Origin: Candidatus Babeliales bacterium
GTDB lineage: Bacteria > Babelota > Babeliae > Babelales > JANWKD01
DNA: 64,000 nt
Direction: 5' to 3'
Assembly: GCA_963722075.1 (NCBI GenBank)
Contig: CAVRJM010000001.1
Coordinates: 1,354,566-1,418,565, forward strand
Position numbers and translations under genes: made by a program. The notes beneath the pieces are model-generated. The model worked only from the letters and a program-made list of their open reading frames with translations, did no database searches and was not told the origin of the DNA. Shown piece after piece: positions 40,352 to 49,718 of the stretch (position 1 is its first letter; each line of letters starts with the position of its first letter).

Positions 40352-40792
40352 TTGATTGATTTTGAAGTTATTCCCCATACAGCAGATTTAAAAATTCGTG
40401 TGTATGGCACCACCTATGAGCAGTTATTTAAAAATGCCTTGATTGGTATGTTTACCAGTATTCATCCCATATCTAGTGCCTGTTCCTATAAAAATAACCG
40501 ATTGTTATGTAATGAACTTACTCAGCAACATGCTATTCATGTTGAAGCAATAGATAGTGAATCATTGTTAGTAGCGTTTCTCTCAGAAGCGCTCTATTTT
40601 TCCGATACCCATAATGAAGCGTATTTGGATATTGCATTCAAAACTCTGAATGAACGTCTCTTAATTGGTACCATTTATGGGGTTAAAATTGAAGGATTTG
40701 AAGTAGTTGAAATTAAAGCAGTTACGTATCACGATTTACATATTAAAAAGGTAAACGGGATATGGCAAACAGACATAGTCTTTGATATATAG
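40352..40792 (+). CDS. Archease
   Basis: N-terminal HTAD, EIKAVTYH, C-terminal VFDI; abuts rtcB. Confidence 0.93.
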   Translation: MIDFEVIPHTADLKIRVYGTTYEQLFKNALIGMFTSIHPISSACSYKNNRLLCNELTQQHAIHVEAIDSESLLVAFLSEALYFSDTHNEAYLDIAFKTLNERLLIGTIYGVKIEGFEVVEIKAVTYHDLHIKKVNGIWQTDIVFDI

Positions 40793-42255
40793 TGAGCTTT
40801 ATGAAAGAAATAACACGTCATGATCTTATAAAAGTTGAAGAAACGGTTTACGATATTCCCAAAAGTTTTCGTGCTGATATGAATGTGCCAGCACGTATTT
40901 TTGTAAATGATACATTGCTTGCAGAATTGTTTCATGATAGGTCATTAGGACAAATTGTAAATGTTGCTTCGTTGCCGGGTATTGTAGGATACGCCTTTGC
41001 AATGCCTGATATTCATGAAGGATATGGATTTCCCATTGGTGGGGTTGCTGCAACTGATATACATCAAAATGGTGTTATTTCACCAGGTGGTATTGGCTAT
41101 GATATTAATTGTGGCGTACGTCTTTTGGCTGCTGACGTTGAAGTTGATGCAGCGCGACCATTTTTAGAACAGTTGGCAACTCAGATTTTTAAAGCAGTTC
41201 CTTCGGGTGTTGGTCGCGGTGGTTCTCTTTCTTTATCAATCAAAGAGCTTGATGGCATTTTAAAGCACGGTGTTAATTATTTTCTTGAACGAAATATTGG
41301 TGTCAGTGGTGATAAAGAATTTTGTGAAGAACGGGGCTGTATGGAAGGAGCTGATCCTGATGCTGTTTCAGATAAAGCAAAAGAGCGTGGCCGTGATCAA
41401 TTAGGAACTCTTGGTTCAGGAAATCATTTTTTAGAAATTCAATACGTTGATACTATTTTCGATCCATTAGTTGCTGATGTTTTTGGTTTAAAAAAAGGCA
41501 TGATAACTATTATGATTCATTGCGGATCTCGTGGCTTTGGTCATCAAGTATGTACCGATTATGTACAGCGGTTTATGCCGCATCTTAAAGAATGGAATAT
41601 AGAATTACCAGATCGAGAATTAGTATGTGCGCCTTTTACCAGCCAACTTGGTCAAGATTATTACCATGCCATGCAAGCAGCAGCAAATTTTGCATGGGCC
41701 AATCGTCTCATGATTGGTCATAAGGTTCGTGAGGCATGGCATCAGGTATTTGGTAATCGATACCAGTTACGCACGGTTTATGATGTCTCGCATAACATGG
41801 GAAAATTAGAAACACATCTAATTGATGGTAATCAACGTTCATTATTAGTGCACCGTAAGGGTGCTACGCGTGCATTTGGCCCCGAACGGCCTGAAATACC
41901 TGCTGCCTACCGGCATATTGGTCAACCGGTGTTAATTCCTGGTACTATGGGAACTTCTTCGTATGTTTTAGTGGGCACGTCAGCAGGAATGCAAACGGCA
42001 TTTGGAAGTTCATGCCATGGCGCGGGAAGGACCATGTCTCGATTACAAGCAAAGAAGACAGTACGCGGATCAATCTTACGAGATCAGCTGGAGCGCCAAG
42101 GAATTATTATTAAATGTGATTCTGACCCGGGACTTGCTGAAGAAGCGCCATTGGCATATAAAGATGTTGAAGAAGTTGTTTCGGTTGTAGAAAAATCTCA
42201 TTTAGCTAATCGCGTTGCGCGCCTTATTCCGTTAGCGGTGATTAAAGGTGGATGA
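40792..42255 (+). CDS. rtcB: RNA-splicing/repair ligase RtcB (archaeal-type)
   Basis: MPDIHEGYGFPIGG, DINCG, GNHF, IHCGSRG, HRKGAT, SCHGAGR, EEAP, KGG. Start may be ATG 40801. Confidence 0.97.
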   Translation: MSFMKEITRHDLIKVEETVYDIPKSFRADMNVPARIFVNDTLLAELFHDRSLGQIVNVASLPGIVGYAFAMPDIHEGYGFPIGGVAATDIHQNGVISPGGIGYDINCGVRLLAADVEVDAARPFLEQLATQIFKAVPSGVGRGGSLSLSIKELDGILKHGVNYFLERNIGVSGDKEFCEERGCMEGADPDAVSDKAKERGRDQLGTLGSGNHFLEIQYVDTIFDPLVADVFGLKKGMITIMIHCGSRGFGHQVCTDYVQRFMPHLKEWNIELPDRELVCAPFTSQLGQDYYHAMQAAANFAWANRLMIGHKVREAWHQVFGNRYQLRTVYDVSHNMGKLETHLIDGNQRSLLVHRKGATRAFGPERPEIPAAYRHIGQPVLIPGTMGTSSYVLVGTSAGMQTAFGSSCHGAGRTMSRLQAKKTVRGSILRDQLERQGIIIKCDSDPGLAEEAPLAYKDVEEVVSVVEKSHLANRVARLIPLAVIKGG

Positions 42256-42300
42256 CATGTTCCATGTCATCCTGAGGAGCAAAGCGACGTGAGGATCCAG
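42250..42300. repeat. GTC-tagged palindrome with inverted half-copy covering the rtcB stop
   Basis: GGATGACATG-TTC-CATGTCATCC then TGAGGAGCAAAGCGACGTGAGGATCCAG. Confidence 0.82.
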
Positions 42301-42320
42301 TAATTATTTATTCCTTTGTA

Positions 42321-43034
42321 TCACTGCAATTGTAAAAAGAGGTTTTTCCAAAATAATTTTGCACTCCCCGGCATGGGCAACCGTTCATGTACGGCTTGTA
42401 AATATTGAATTGTATTTATAATACCTTCTGATTGGTCAGCAGCAGCTTTTTTATATTCATTAAGCCAATAGGAAATTATCTGTTGTAGAATCTGTTGGGT
42501 AGCACGTTCATCGAGTGTTATTGAATCTATCACCTGAAGAAACTCTTCAATACCATTTTTTTGTCCGGTAAAAAAGGGAGTGAGTGCCGATGCTGATTCC
42601 TGTACAAATCTATCATGATGCCAAATAAAACAGCGTGATCGTAACGTGGGAGCTACTGATCTTATTTGTTGGGCCAAAAAAATGATACGATAACCAGCAG
42701 GCGGTTCTTCAACCGATTTCAACAAACGATTAGCGCATGCGGAGGAAAGATAATCCGCTGCGGTAAATATAAAGAAAAATTTTTGGGTGGGTGCTAATGC
42801 TTTCTCAATAGTATTAAAAAAAGGCTCCAGTTGTTCTAGCGTATACCAGGTGGTTTGTGGGCTGAGCCATAAACAAGCATAATGTTGTTGATTTTGAATT
42901 TGTGTACAATCGATGCAGCGCATACACCCTTGTTGTGGACACAATTCTTTTTGTAAATACGTTTGGGTATATTGCAGTAATGGTTTGCTACTGCCAACCC
43001 ATAATTGTGCAGAAGTTTGGGATGAATAATTCAT
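42321..43034 (-). CDS. holB: DNA polymerase III delta-prime subunit-like
   Basis: Zn-cluster C...CMRCIDC, ANRLLKSVEEPP, PTLRSRC; follows tmk. Confidence 0.85.
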   Translation of the reverse strand: MNYSSQTSAQLWVGSSKPLLQYTQTYLQKELCPQQGCMRCIDCTQIQNQQHYACLWLSPQTTWYTLEQLEPFFNTIEKALAPTQKFFFIFTAADYLSSACANRLLKSVEEPPAGYRIIFLAQQIRSVAPTLRSRCFIWHHDRFVQESASALTPFFTGQKNGIEEFLQVIDSITLDERATQQILQQIISYWLNEYKKAAADQSEGIINTIQYLQAVHERLPMPGSAKLFWKNLFLQLQ

Positions 43035-43696
43035 GAGGGTTCTGCATTACATGAATGGTGTTGTTGCTGTGCAAGTACATTACCTAGTGCTAGTATGCCC
43101 GCATTGATAACTGCTGGCAATGATTGTTCTGCATCAATAATACATACATCTGGACGATTGTGATATAGTTCATCAAAACCATTAACCACTTTTGTAAGAA
43201 GCTGCTTATTTTCAAATTGAGTGATGGTATTATTGCGTTGTTCTAAGCGGTTTAATGCTGTTTGCAGACTCACTTTAAGATACAGCGTTATAGAGGGATG
43301 TATTCCTTGCATAACCCACTTGTTGATTGCGTGTAGATGCGCTAATTCAACGCCTTGTGCGTACCCTTGATATACTAATGAAGAATCAGCGCAACGATCA
43401 GAAATAATGATAGTACCATTCTTATAAGCAGGTATTATTATTTCATGAAAATGCTGTGCGCGATCGGCGGCAAATAATAAAAATTCCGCCTGGGGATACC
43501 GTTTAATGCTTTTGTCGTTTACCATTGCTCGTATTAGATTTCCTAATGAGGATCCGCCTGGTTCTTTAGTGAGTAGAGTTGGATATTGGTTTTGTACAAA
43601 AAAATCATATAAGGCACGGGCAAGCGTTGATTTTCCTGAACCATCGATGCCTTCGATGGCAATAAAAAGTGGGGTTTTCATTTCGTTTTTATTCAT
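43031..43696 (-). CDS. tmk: Thymidylate kinase
   Basis: EGIDGSGKST, KEPGG, LFAADRAQH, ISDR...SSLVYQG. Confidence 0.95.
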   Translation of the reverse strand: MNKNEMKTPLFIAIEGIDGSGKSTLARALYDFFVQNQYPTLLTKEPGGSSLGNLIRAMVNDKSIKRYPQAEFLLFAADRAQHFHEIIIPAYKNGTIIISDRCADSSLVYQGYAQGVELAHLHAINKWVMQGIHPSITLYLKVSLQTALNRLEQRNNTITQFENKQLLTKVVNGFDELYHNRPDVCIIDAEQSLPAVINAGILALGNVLAQQQHHSCNAEPS

Positions 43697-43803
43697 TGAA
43701 ATATCTTCTTGATTAATGTGAATTCGATTTGCGAATCTACCATTATGTTTGTTGGTGTATATGCAAAAAATATTGCTCATACGATTTGGATTTACAAATA
43801 TAT

Positions 43804-44263
43804 GTCGTTGCGAGCTTGTCGAAGCAATCCAGGCGCATATTACAAACCTCTAAATTGTATACACAAATCATCCCAATAGGGATTTGCTGATTCAATCAGT
43901 GCCAATTTTTTTGAACGTGATCCTGCTTTTATATGTTTTTCTCGAGCAATAGCAGAAGTCATATTGTCAAAGAATTCAACGTATACAAGGAGTTGGCAAT
44001 TATATTTAGCGGTAAATTCAACTTTATTATTTTTGTGTTGTGAAATTCGTTGAATTATATTTCCAGTTACTCCGGTATAAAGAGTTCCATTTCGCTTATT
44101 TGTCATAATATAGACAGCTGGTCGTTTCATAATTTTGATTATTAGAATTTAAATTATTTTAACCTGGATTGCTTCGACAAGCGCGCAACGACGATTTTTT
44201 CGATGTGTACATCATTGCAAGGAGCGTATCGATGGTATCCAGTTTTTTGTCTTGAGTATAAAT
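43804..44263 (-). mobile_element. Palindrome-flanked GIY-YIG cassette, intact copy
   Basis: Inverted 30-bp repeats 43804-43833 and 44163-44192, a second palindrome 44211-44242, and terminal TTGAGTATAAAT matching ATTTATACTCAA at 6828. Confidence 0.7.
43840..44130 (-). CDS. Stand-alone GIY-YIG endonuclease (96 aa)
   Basis: AVYIM...TLYTGVT, catalytic Arg (QRISQH), AIAREK with metal-binding Glu, NPYW. Confidence 0.93.
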   Translation of the reverse strand: MKRPAVYIMTNKRNGTLYTGVTGNIIQRISQHKNNKVEFTAKYNCQLLVYVEFFDNMTSAIAREKHIKAGSRSKKLALIESANPYWDDLCIQFRGL

Positions 44264-44388
44264 ACCATTAAAAACTCAATAGAGTCTAGTTACAATTCAT
44301 TGTTGATTTTATTATATTAGCTCTATAGATCTACTATATCATGATATACAAATAATTTACATTCACATTTTATTGAAAGGCCTTTTTA

Positions 44389-46008
44389 ATGAAAACAAGC
44401 CAGCCTTCTTTTGAGTTGCCGTCTCCTTTTTTGAATAATGCCCAACAAAAACAATATGAGAGATTTCAAACGTTGTATAAGCAGCTGTATGAAGATAATA
44501 GGTTTATGGCCACATCTTCATTATTGCAACGGGCAGCACGGCGTTTTGCTCAATCAACCGCCCTTATATATAAAGACACCACCATCACCTTTGCTCAGCT
44601 ATATCACCATTCATTACAAATAACCAAGCAGCTTCTTTCTTTAGGTGTTAAGCACCAAGATAAAGTTTGTTTATTATTTGAAAATTCAGTTGCGTATTAT
44701 GAATGTTATTTTGGCATTTGGCAAACAGGAGCAGTAGTAGCCCCCCTTAATACCTTTTTAACTGAACGTGAATTAATCCATATTATTGAGGATTGCAAGC
44801 CTACCGTTCTTATTGTTTCAGAAGAATTTAGCAAAAAATTTGACCCTTCAGTTTTTAAAAATACGCAGGTATTAGTGGTGGCGCAACGGGAAACTGATTC
44901 ATCGCAAATGGTTTTTAATGATGAAGAATATGAAATTCCGTATACCGATCCTGATCAAATGATCGCGCTTTTGTACACCTCAGGAACAACCGGTTTTCCT
45001 AAGGGGGTTATGTTAAGCTCACGCAATATATTAACCAATGTTATTCAAATAATCTCAGCGGTTGAAGTAAGTTCAGCGGATCGATTATTGGCGATCTTGC
45101 CATTGTTTCATAGTTTTGCACAAAATATTTCCGTATGGTCTACCTTTTTTTTAGGAGCGAGTACCATTGTTGTTCCTAAGATAGAACGCCATTGGATTCT
45201 TGACGGCTTTAAACATAATCCGACGGTTGTTATAGGCGTTCCTGTTCTGTATGGGCTGTTGAGTATGATGAAGCATATTGATGTTTCCAATGTGCGTTAT
45301 TTTGTTTCAGGTGGTGATGCGCTACCAGATAAAATTAGATCTGTTTTTGAGCTGGTGTTTCAACGAAAATTATGCAATGGGTATGGGCTCACCGAAGCAT
45401 CGCCATTTATTGCAGCAGATTTGGATGATGAATTAAAACCAACTAATACTATAGGTCTACCAGCATTGGGAATTGAATGTTCATTGCGTGATGAGCTTGG
45501 CAATCCAATAGAAAAGAATCAAGTTGGCATTCTATGGGTAAAGGGTGATAATATTATGCTTGGTTATTATAATGCTCCTGAAGCAACGTATGATATGTTA
45601 AAAGATGGCTGGCTTAATACGGGAGATTTCGCCACTTTTGATAATCAAGGACGCTTATTAATTGTAGGGCGTTTTAAAGATCTTATTATACATAAAGGAT
45701 TTAACATTTACCCACAGGAAATAGAAAATATTTTAATGAGTTACCCAAACATGTTGAAGGTTGCGGTGATTGGTATTCCTGATGAGCAGACGGGTGAAGT
45801 GCCGGTGGCATATGTGGTAATAAAAGATGCAGCAGCCGATATTGAAAAGCAACTTAATCAATTATGTATGAATGCGTTGGCGGCCTATAAGGTGCCACGC
45901 CATTTTATTGTATTAGAAGATTTGCCTATGACGTCACTGGGTAAAATTGATAAAAAGAAGTTGAAGCAAGAATTTAAGAAGCATATGACGACTCAGTCGT
46001 CATCCTGA
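44389..46008 (+). CDS. Long-chain fatty-acid-CoA ligase (AMP-binding)
   Basis: YTSGTTGFPKG, GYGLTE, TGD, GRFKD, YPQEIE, GKIDK. Confidence 0.92.
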   Translation: MKTSQPSFELPSPFLNNAQQKQYERFQTLYKQLYEDNRFMATSSLLQRAARRFAQSTALIYKDTTITFAQLYHHSLQITKQLLSLGVKHQDKVCLLFENSVAYYECYFGIWQTGAVVAPLNTFLTERELIHIIEDCKPTVLIVSEEFSKKFDPSVFKNTQVLVVAQRETDSSQMVFNDEEYEIPYTDPDQMIALLYTSGTTGFPKGVMLSSRNILTNVIQIISAVEVSSADRLLAILPLFHSFAQNISVWSTFFLGASTIVVPKIERHWILDGFKHNPTVVIGVPVLYGLLSMMKHIDVSNVRYFVSGGDALPDKIRSVFELVFQRKLCNGYGLTEASPFIAADLDDELKPTNTIGLPALGIECSLRDELGNPIEKNQVGILWVKGDNIMLGYYNAPEATYDMLKDGWLNTGDFATFDNQGRLLIVGRFKDLIIHKGFNIYPQEIENILMSYPNMLKVAVIGIPDEQTGEVPVAYVVIKDAAADIEKQLNQLCMNALAAYKVPRHFIVLEDLPMTSLGKIDKKKLKQEFKKHMTTQSSS

Positions 46009-46204
46009 GGAGCGAAGCTCCGTGAGGATCCAGGAATAAAGAGGGTAATAATTAATGGATTCCCACGCAGGCTCGGAATGACAGTTTTGCTACTATTGTC
46101 ATCCCGAGGAGCTTGTGTCCGACTTCGCCAAGGCTACGCCGGATTCCGTAATGACAAGTGCGTGTCCGGCGGAGTTTTAACGGAGACGGAACGTGGGGAT
46201 CTAG
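45985..46204. repeat. Cluster of GTC-tagged palindromes, the last with a nested 74-bp element
   Basis: 45999-46033 forward; 46056-46082 inverted; 46098-46204 host with insert 46117-46190. Confidence 0.85.
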
Positions 46205-46237
46205 TCCTTGCAATTAGGAATAAGGAAGAACGTAGTT

Positions 46238-47368
46238 ATGGCTGAAAAAAAAACAATACTACACATAATAACGAGTTTAAAAATTGGTGGGGCAGAAACG
46301 CTCCTGGCTGATTTTTTAGAACATCCGCAAGCAGCAGATTTTGATCACCAGGTTATTTATTTTTATGATGGGCCTAATAAAGCGCGGCTGCAAGAATTAG
46401 GTATTGCCTGTTATCAAGTTAAAGGATTATTCTGTTTATATGATCCACTGTTTTTTATGCGGTTGTATCGGCTGATTAAAAAATTGAAGCCTGATTGTAT
46501 TCATAGTTGGCTCTGGTCAGCTAACGTTGTGGCGCGTGTAGTTAATCTTTGGTTGCGTATTCCGTTACTCAATAGCTTTCATTTAGGTGCTGATCAGGAT
46601 GGCTGGGTACGTAACGCGCTTGATAGGGCTACCGAATATATCCCGGCTCGTTTAGTGGCCGTATCTGAAGGGGTGGCGCAATTACTGGTGACCCATTTGC
46701 ATATTAGTAACCAAGAACGGCTTACCGTTATAAAAAATGGTATTGATCCTGATAACATACATACAAAAAGTAAAAAAATGAGCGCCGCACGGGCTGCTTT
46801 AGGATTAAGTGATCAGCAGTATATCATCGGTACGGTCGGACGTTGGATTGAGCGCAAGAATTATCTCTTTCTACTTGAGGTGTTTGCGCAGCTACATCAA
46901 AAAGATCCTACCGTTGTTTTATTATTGATTGGCAAGGGAGAGCAAAAAGGGCTTTTATATGAACGAGCACGTACCCTTGGTATAAGCAATTATGTCAAAT
47001 TCATAGAAGGCCAGCCGGCATTAGGTTATTATCAGCTCTTTGATTGCTTTATTCAAACCTCATTTAAAGAAGGAATATCTATTGCTCTTTTAGAGGCTAT
47101 GAGTTGCCGGTTGCCTTGTATTTTAACAGAACCGTCTGGGGTGCATGAGGTTATTGTTCATGAATATAACGGCTTATTGGTTCCTTCGTATAATGCCGTT
47201 GAGGTGTGTCAGGCGATCAATCGCCTTAAGAATGAGAAGCAGTTAGCCAAGGCATTGGGTGGTAATGCATATGCTACCATTAAAGAACAATTTAATGTAG
47301 AAACAATGATTAATTCGTATCATAAAGAATATAGCCAGTTAATTAATTTTAATGAGAAAAACAGATAA
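46238..47368 (+). CDS. GT4 family glycosyltransferase
   Basis: GGAE, VAVS, IKNG, VGR...KN, EGISIALLEAM (EX7E). Confidence 0.92.
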   Translation: MAEKKTILHIITSLKIGGAETLLADFLEHPQAADFDHQVIYFYDGPNKARLQELGIACYQVKGLFCLYDPLFFMRLYRLIKKLKPDCIHSWLWSANVVARVVNLWLRIPLLNSFHLGADQDGWVRNALDRATEYIPARLVAVSEGVAQLLVTHLHISNQERLTVIKNGIDPDNIHTKSKKMSAARAALGLSDQQYIIGTVGRWIERKNYLFLLEVFAQLHQKDPTVVLLLIGKGEQKGLLYERARTLGISNYVKFIEGQPALGYYQLFDCFIQTSFKEGISIALLEAMSCRLPCILTEPSGVHEVIVHEYNGLLVPSYNAVEVCQAINRLKNEKQLAKALGGNAYATIKEQFNVETMINSYHKEYSQLINFNEKNR

Positions 47369-47538
47369 ATAATTTTTATCTGAAATTGAAAATTTAAGCA
47401 ACGGGCTTCTGTTATAAAATTATAATAAAAAGTTTGCATTTTCTCTCAAGACAAGATAAATTAACTAATGTTTATTACGATTAATAAACATCCAAAAAAG
47501 ATAACCTCCATTTCCCCTGTCCATGACTTCGCGTCTGG

Positions 47539-48612
47539 ATGGGGGTTATTTTGTTAGTAGCCATTAGTAGTATGATGAGCCATTCCTATAAAGTACCCTT
47601 TAAAGATAAAAAAAAATTCTATAATCACGAACACGAACAACTACATTCTTTTTTTTGGCATTCTTGTTTATTATTTTTTCGTTCGCGGTATAGATTATTA
47701 ACCCGCAAAAAAGTAGCAATTCATAAGTGGATTGAACCTTCAAAACAAGTTTCCTCCTGTTCTTTAACCTGGATTGGCCATTCCACATTTCTGATTCATT
47801 ATAAGGGTATTACCATTTTAACTGATCCTATTTTTGGCAATGCCTCTTTTTTATTTAAACGCATTGCGCCGCCGGGTATTGCGCTTAAACAATTACCGCC
47901 TATTGATATGATTTTGCTTTCGCATAATCATCGGGATCATATGGATGCAAAAAGCTTATTACAATTACGATCTCACCAACCGCATATTTTAATACCAGAA
48001 GGGGTTAAAGGATGGTTTAATCGCCATCGATTTGATGGCGTAGAAGAGCTGATATGGTGGGAGCAAAAAAGCTATATAATAAACAATGAACAAGTTACAA
48101 TTACGTTTTTGCCAGCACATCATTGGTCACAACGATCATTATTTGATCGTAATAAATCCTTATGGGGTAGTTGGATGATACAATTTGAAGATTATACGAT
48201 CTATTTTGCTGGCGACACCGCGTATTCTTCTCATTTTACTGCTATTAAAGAACGATTCGCTACTATTGACGTGGCGTTACTCCCAATTGGCCCATGCGAA
48301 CCGCATCACACCATGAAGCATTCGCATATTAATGCTGCGCAAGCGTGTCAGGCATTTATTGATTTAGGAGCACGAACTTTCATCCCTATGCATTGGGGTA
48401 CCTTTTATTTTGGCCTTGATTCCTTTGAACAACCTATTGAGCAATTATTACATTGTTGGCAGCAACTGGCATTACCGCCTGAACAGTTACATGTTCTAAA
48501 ATTTGGTCAACAATGGGATTTTGTTAATCGAGTTCCTCTGAGACAAGGGCGTCACGATGTTGAAGTAGTTTTTCATAAAACCTCCAAGTACTTCGATAAA
48601 TGCTTTTTTTGA
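47539..48612 (+). CDS. MBL-fold hydrolase (RomA/NAPE-PLD-like)
   Basis: WIGHST, TDP, SHNHRDH, HWS, AGDT, PMHWGTF; start codon uncertain. Confidence 0.88.
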   Translation: MGVILLVAISSMMSHSYKVPFKDKKKFYNHEHEQLHSFFWHSCLLFFRSRYRLLTRKKVAIHKWIEPSKQVSSCSLTWIGHSTFLIHYKGITILTDPIFGNASFLFKRIAPPGIALKQLPPIDMILLSHNHRDHMDAKSLLQLRSHQPHILIPEGVKGWFNRHRFDGVEELIWWEQKSYIINNEQVTITFLPAHHWSQRSLFDRNKSLWGSWMIQFEDYTIYFAGDTAYSSHFTAIKERFATIDVALLPIGPCEPHHTMKHSHINAAQACQAFIDLGARTFIPMHWGTFYFGLDSFEQPIEQLLHCWQQLALPPEQLHVLKFGQQWDFVNRVPLRQGRHDVEVVFHKTSKYFDKCFF

Positions 48613-48617
48613 TAATG

Positions 48618-49061
48618 TTATCCACTTAAACGTCCTCCTAAGAGAATCTGCATAATACGCCAATGAACAGCTGCATCTTTATTAAATTCTAGGCTTCTAT
48701 TTATTAGTTGTTGAATAATAGCTGATTCTTTTAATGCTTGAATGATTCGGTTATTAAAAGTCTTTTTATCTTCATTTATTTTTATATACCATGCGCCATT
48801 ATTTCGCATTTGAATAAATTGATCATCTGATATCTTAAAAACTTGTTTTTGTATATTTCTTAATTGTATATCTATAAGCATAAGATCGTTTTTAAAATTC
48901 AAAGCCCTTTTTTTATAATCTTGAGGTTTTATATCCAATGCATCGGCAGCTTTATCAAGCATTTGATAAATTTTCCCCCATTCTGTATCTAGATTTTGTC
49001 CATTAATTAGAAATATCGCGACAAGGGGAATTAGATATAAGTAGCTTTTTAATTTTATCAT
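48618..49061 (-). CDS. Secreted hypothetical protein, paralog of 50176-50637
   Basis: Shared ISDxxF...WYxKxNExKxxFNxRIxxAL motif. Confidence 0.75.
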   Translation of the reverse strand: MIKLKSYLYLIPLVAIFLINGQNLDTEWGKIYQMLDKAADALDIKPQDYKKRALNFKNDLMLIDIQLRNIQKQVFKISDDQFIQMRNNGAWYIKINEDKKTFNNRIIQALKESAIIQQLINRSLEFNKDAAVHWRIMQILLGGRLSG

Positions 49062-49083
49062 AATTTTTCTTTCTGTATAAAAA

Positions 49084-49115
49084 ATTCCCTTACCTCATTT
49101 TGAAAGCAAGGGAAT
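49084..49115 (-). terminator. Probable terminator hairpin
   Basis: ATTCCCTT...AAGGGAAT stem followed on the minus strand by a T-run, just after the stop at 49120. Confidence 0.5.
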
Positions 49116-49119
49116 AAAA

Positions 49120-49562
49120 TTAACGTTTAGTTGCAGGGATTATAGTTTGTGGCACCATAACTGAAATTGCAGCAGCATCTTTTGCGGCTTCTTCTGCGTC
49201 TTGTGCAAGTTTTTGCTCTGCCTCAGCTGTTTTTTTAGCTGAATAGGTTTTAGCGTATTTTAATGCAAGATCCGCTTGAGTTTTGGCATAGTCAGCAGCT
49301 TGTTGTGTTTTTTCTTGCGCTCTCTTAATTTCTTCTTCGAGTTCTTTTTGTATTTTTGGATCAAGTTCATGCTCAAGTTGTTGTGCTGCTAATTCTGCTT
49401 CAAATGCTTTAAGCTGAGCATATAATTGTGCACTTTCTACCTTCTTTTGGTTAAGGATTTCAGTTACAACTGCTGCATGAGAAAATGTTATAGGTAACGT
49501 GCATGAGAAAATGTTATAGGTAACAAAGAAACTGTAAAAAGATAAAATATAGTTTTTTTCAT
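49120..49562 (-). pseudogene. Secreted Ala/Glu/Gln-rich coiled-coil gene frameshifted by a 26-bp tandem duplication (absent from the ORF track)
   Basis: GGAGG RBS, MKKTIFYLFTVSLLPITFSHA; removing one 26-nt unit restores a 138-aa ORF ending IPATKR*. Confidence 0.85.
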
Positions 49563-49718
49563 AAAACCTCCTATTTTGGCTATTAATATATAATATTCTT
49601 AATTATAAGCATATAAGATATTATTCAAGTAAGTCAATATTAATTTGTTAAACCTGTTTTAAATTACAAGTAGGAAAATATAAATCTGGTGGTTTTATAT
49701 TAAAACATTTAATCATTG

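Noticed and set aside
47468..47550. Two hairpins upstream of the MBL hydrolase as a riboswitch
   Set aside because: No recognisable aptamer motifs; may be a terminator or chance structure.
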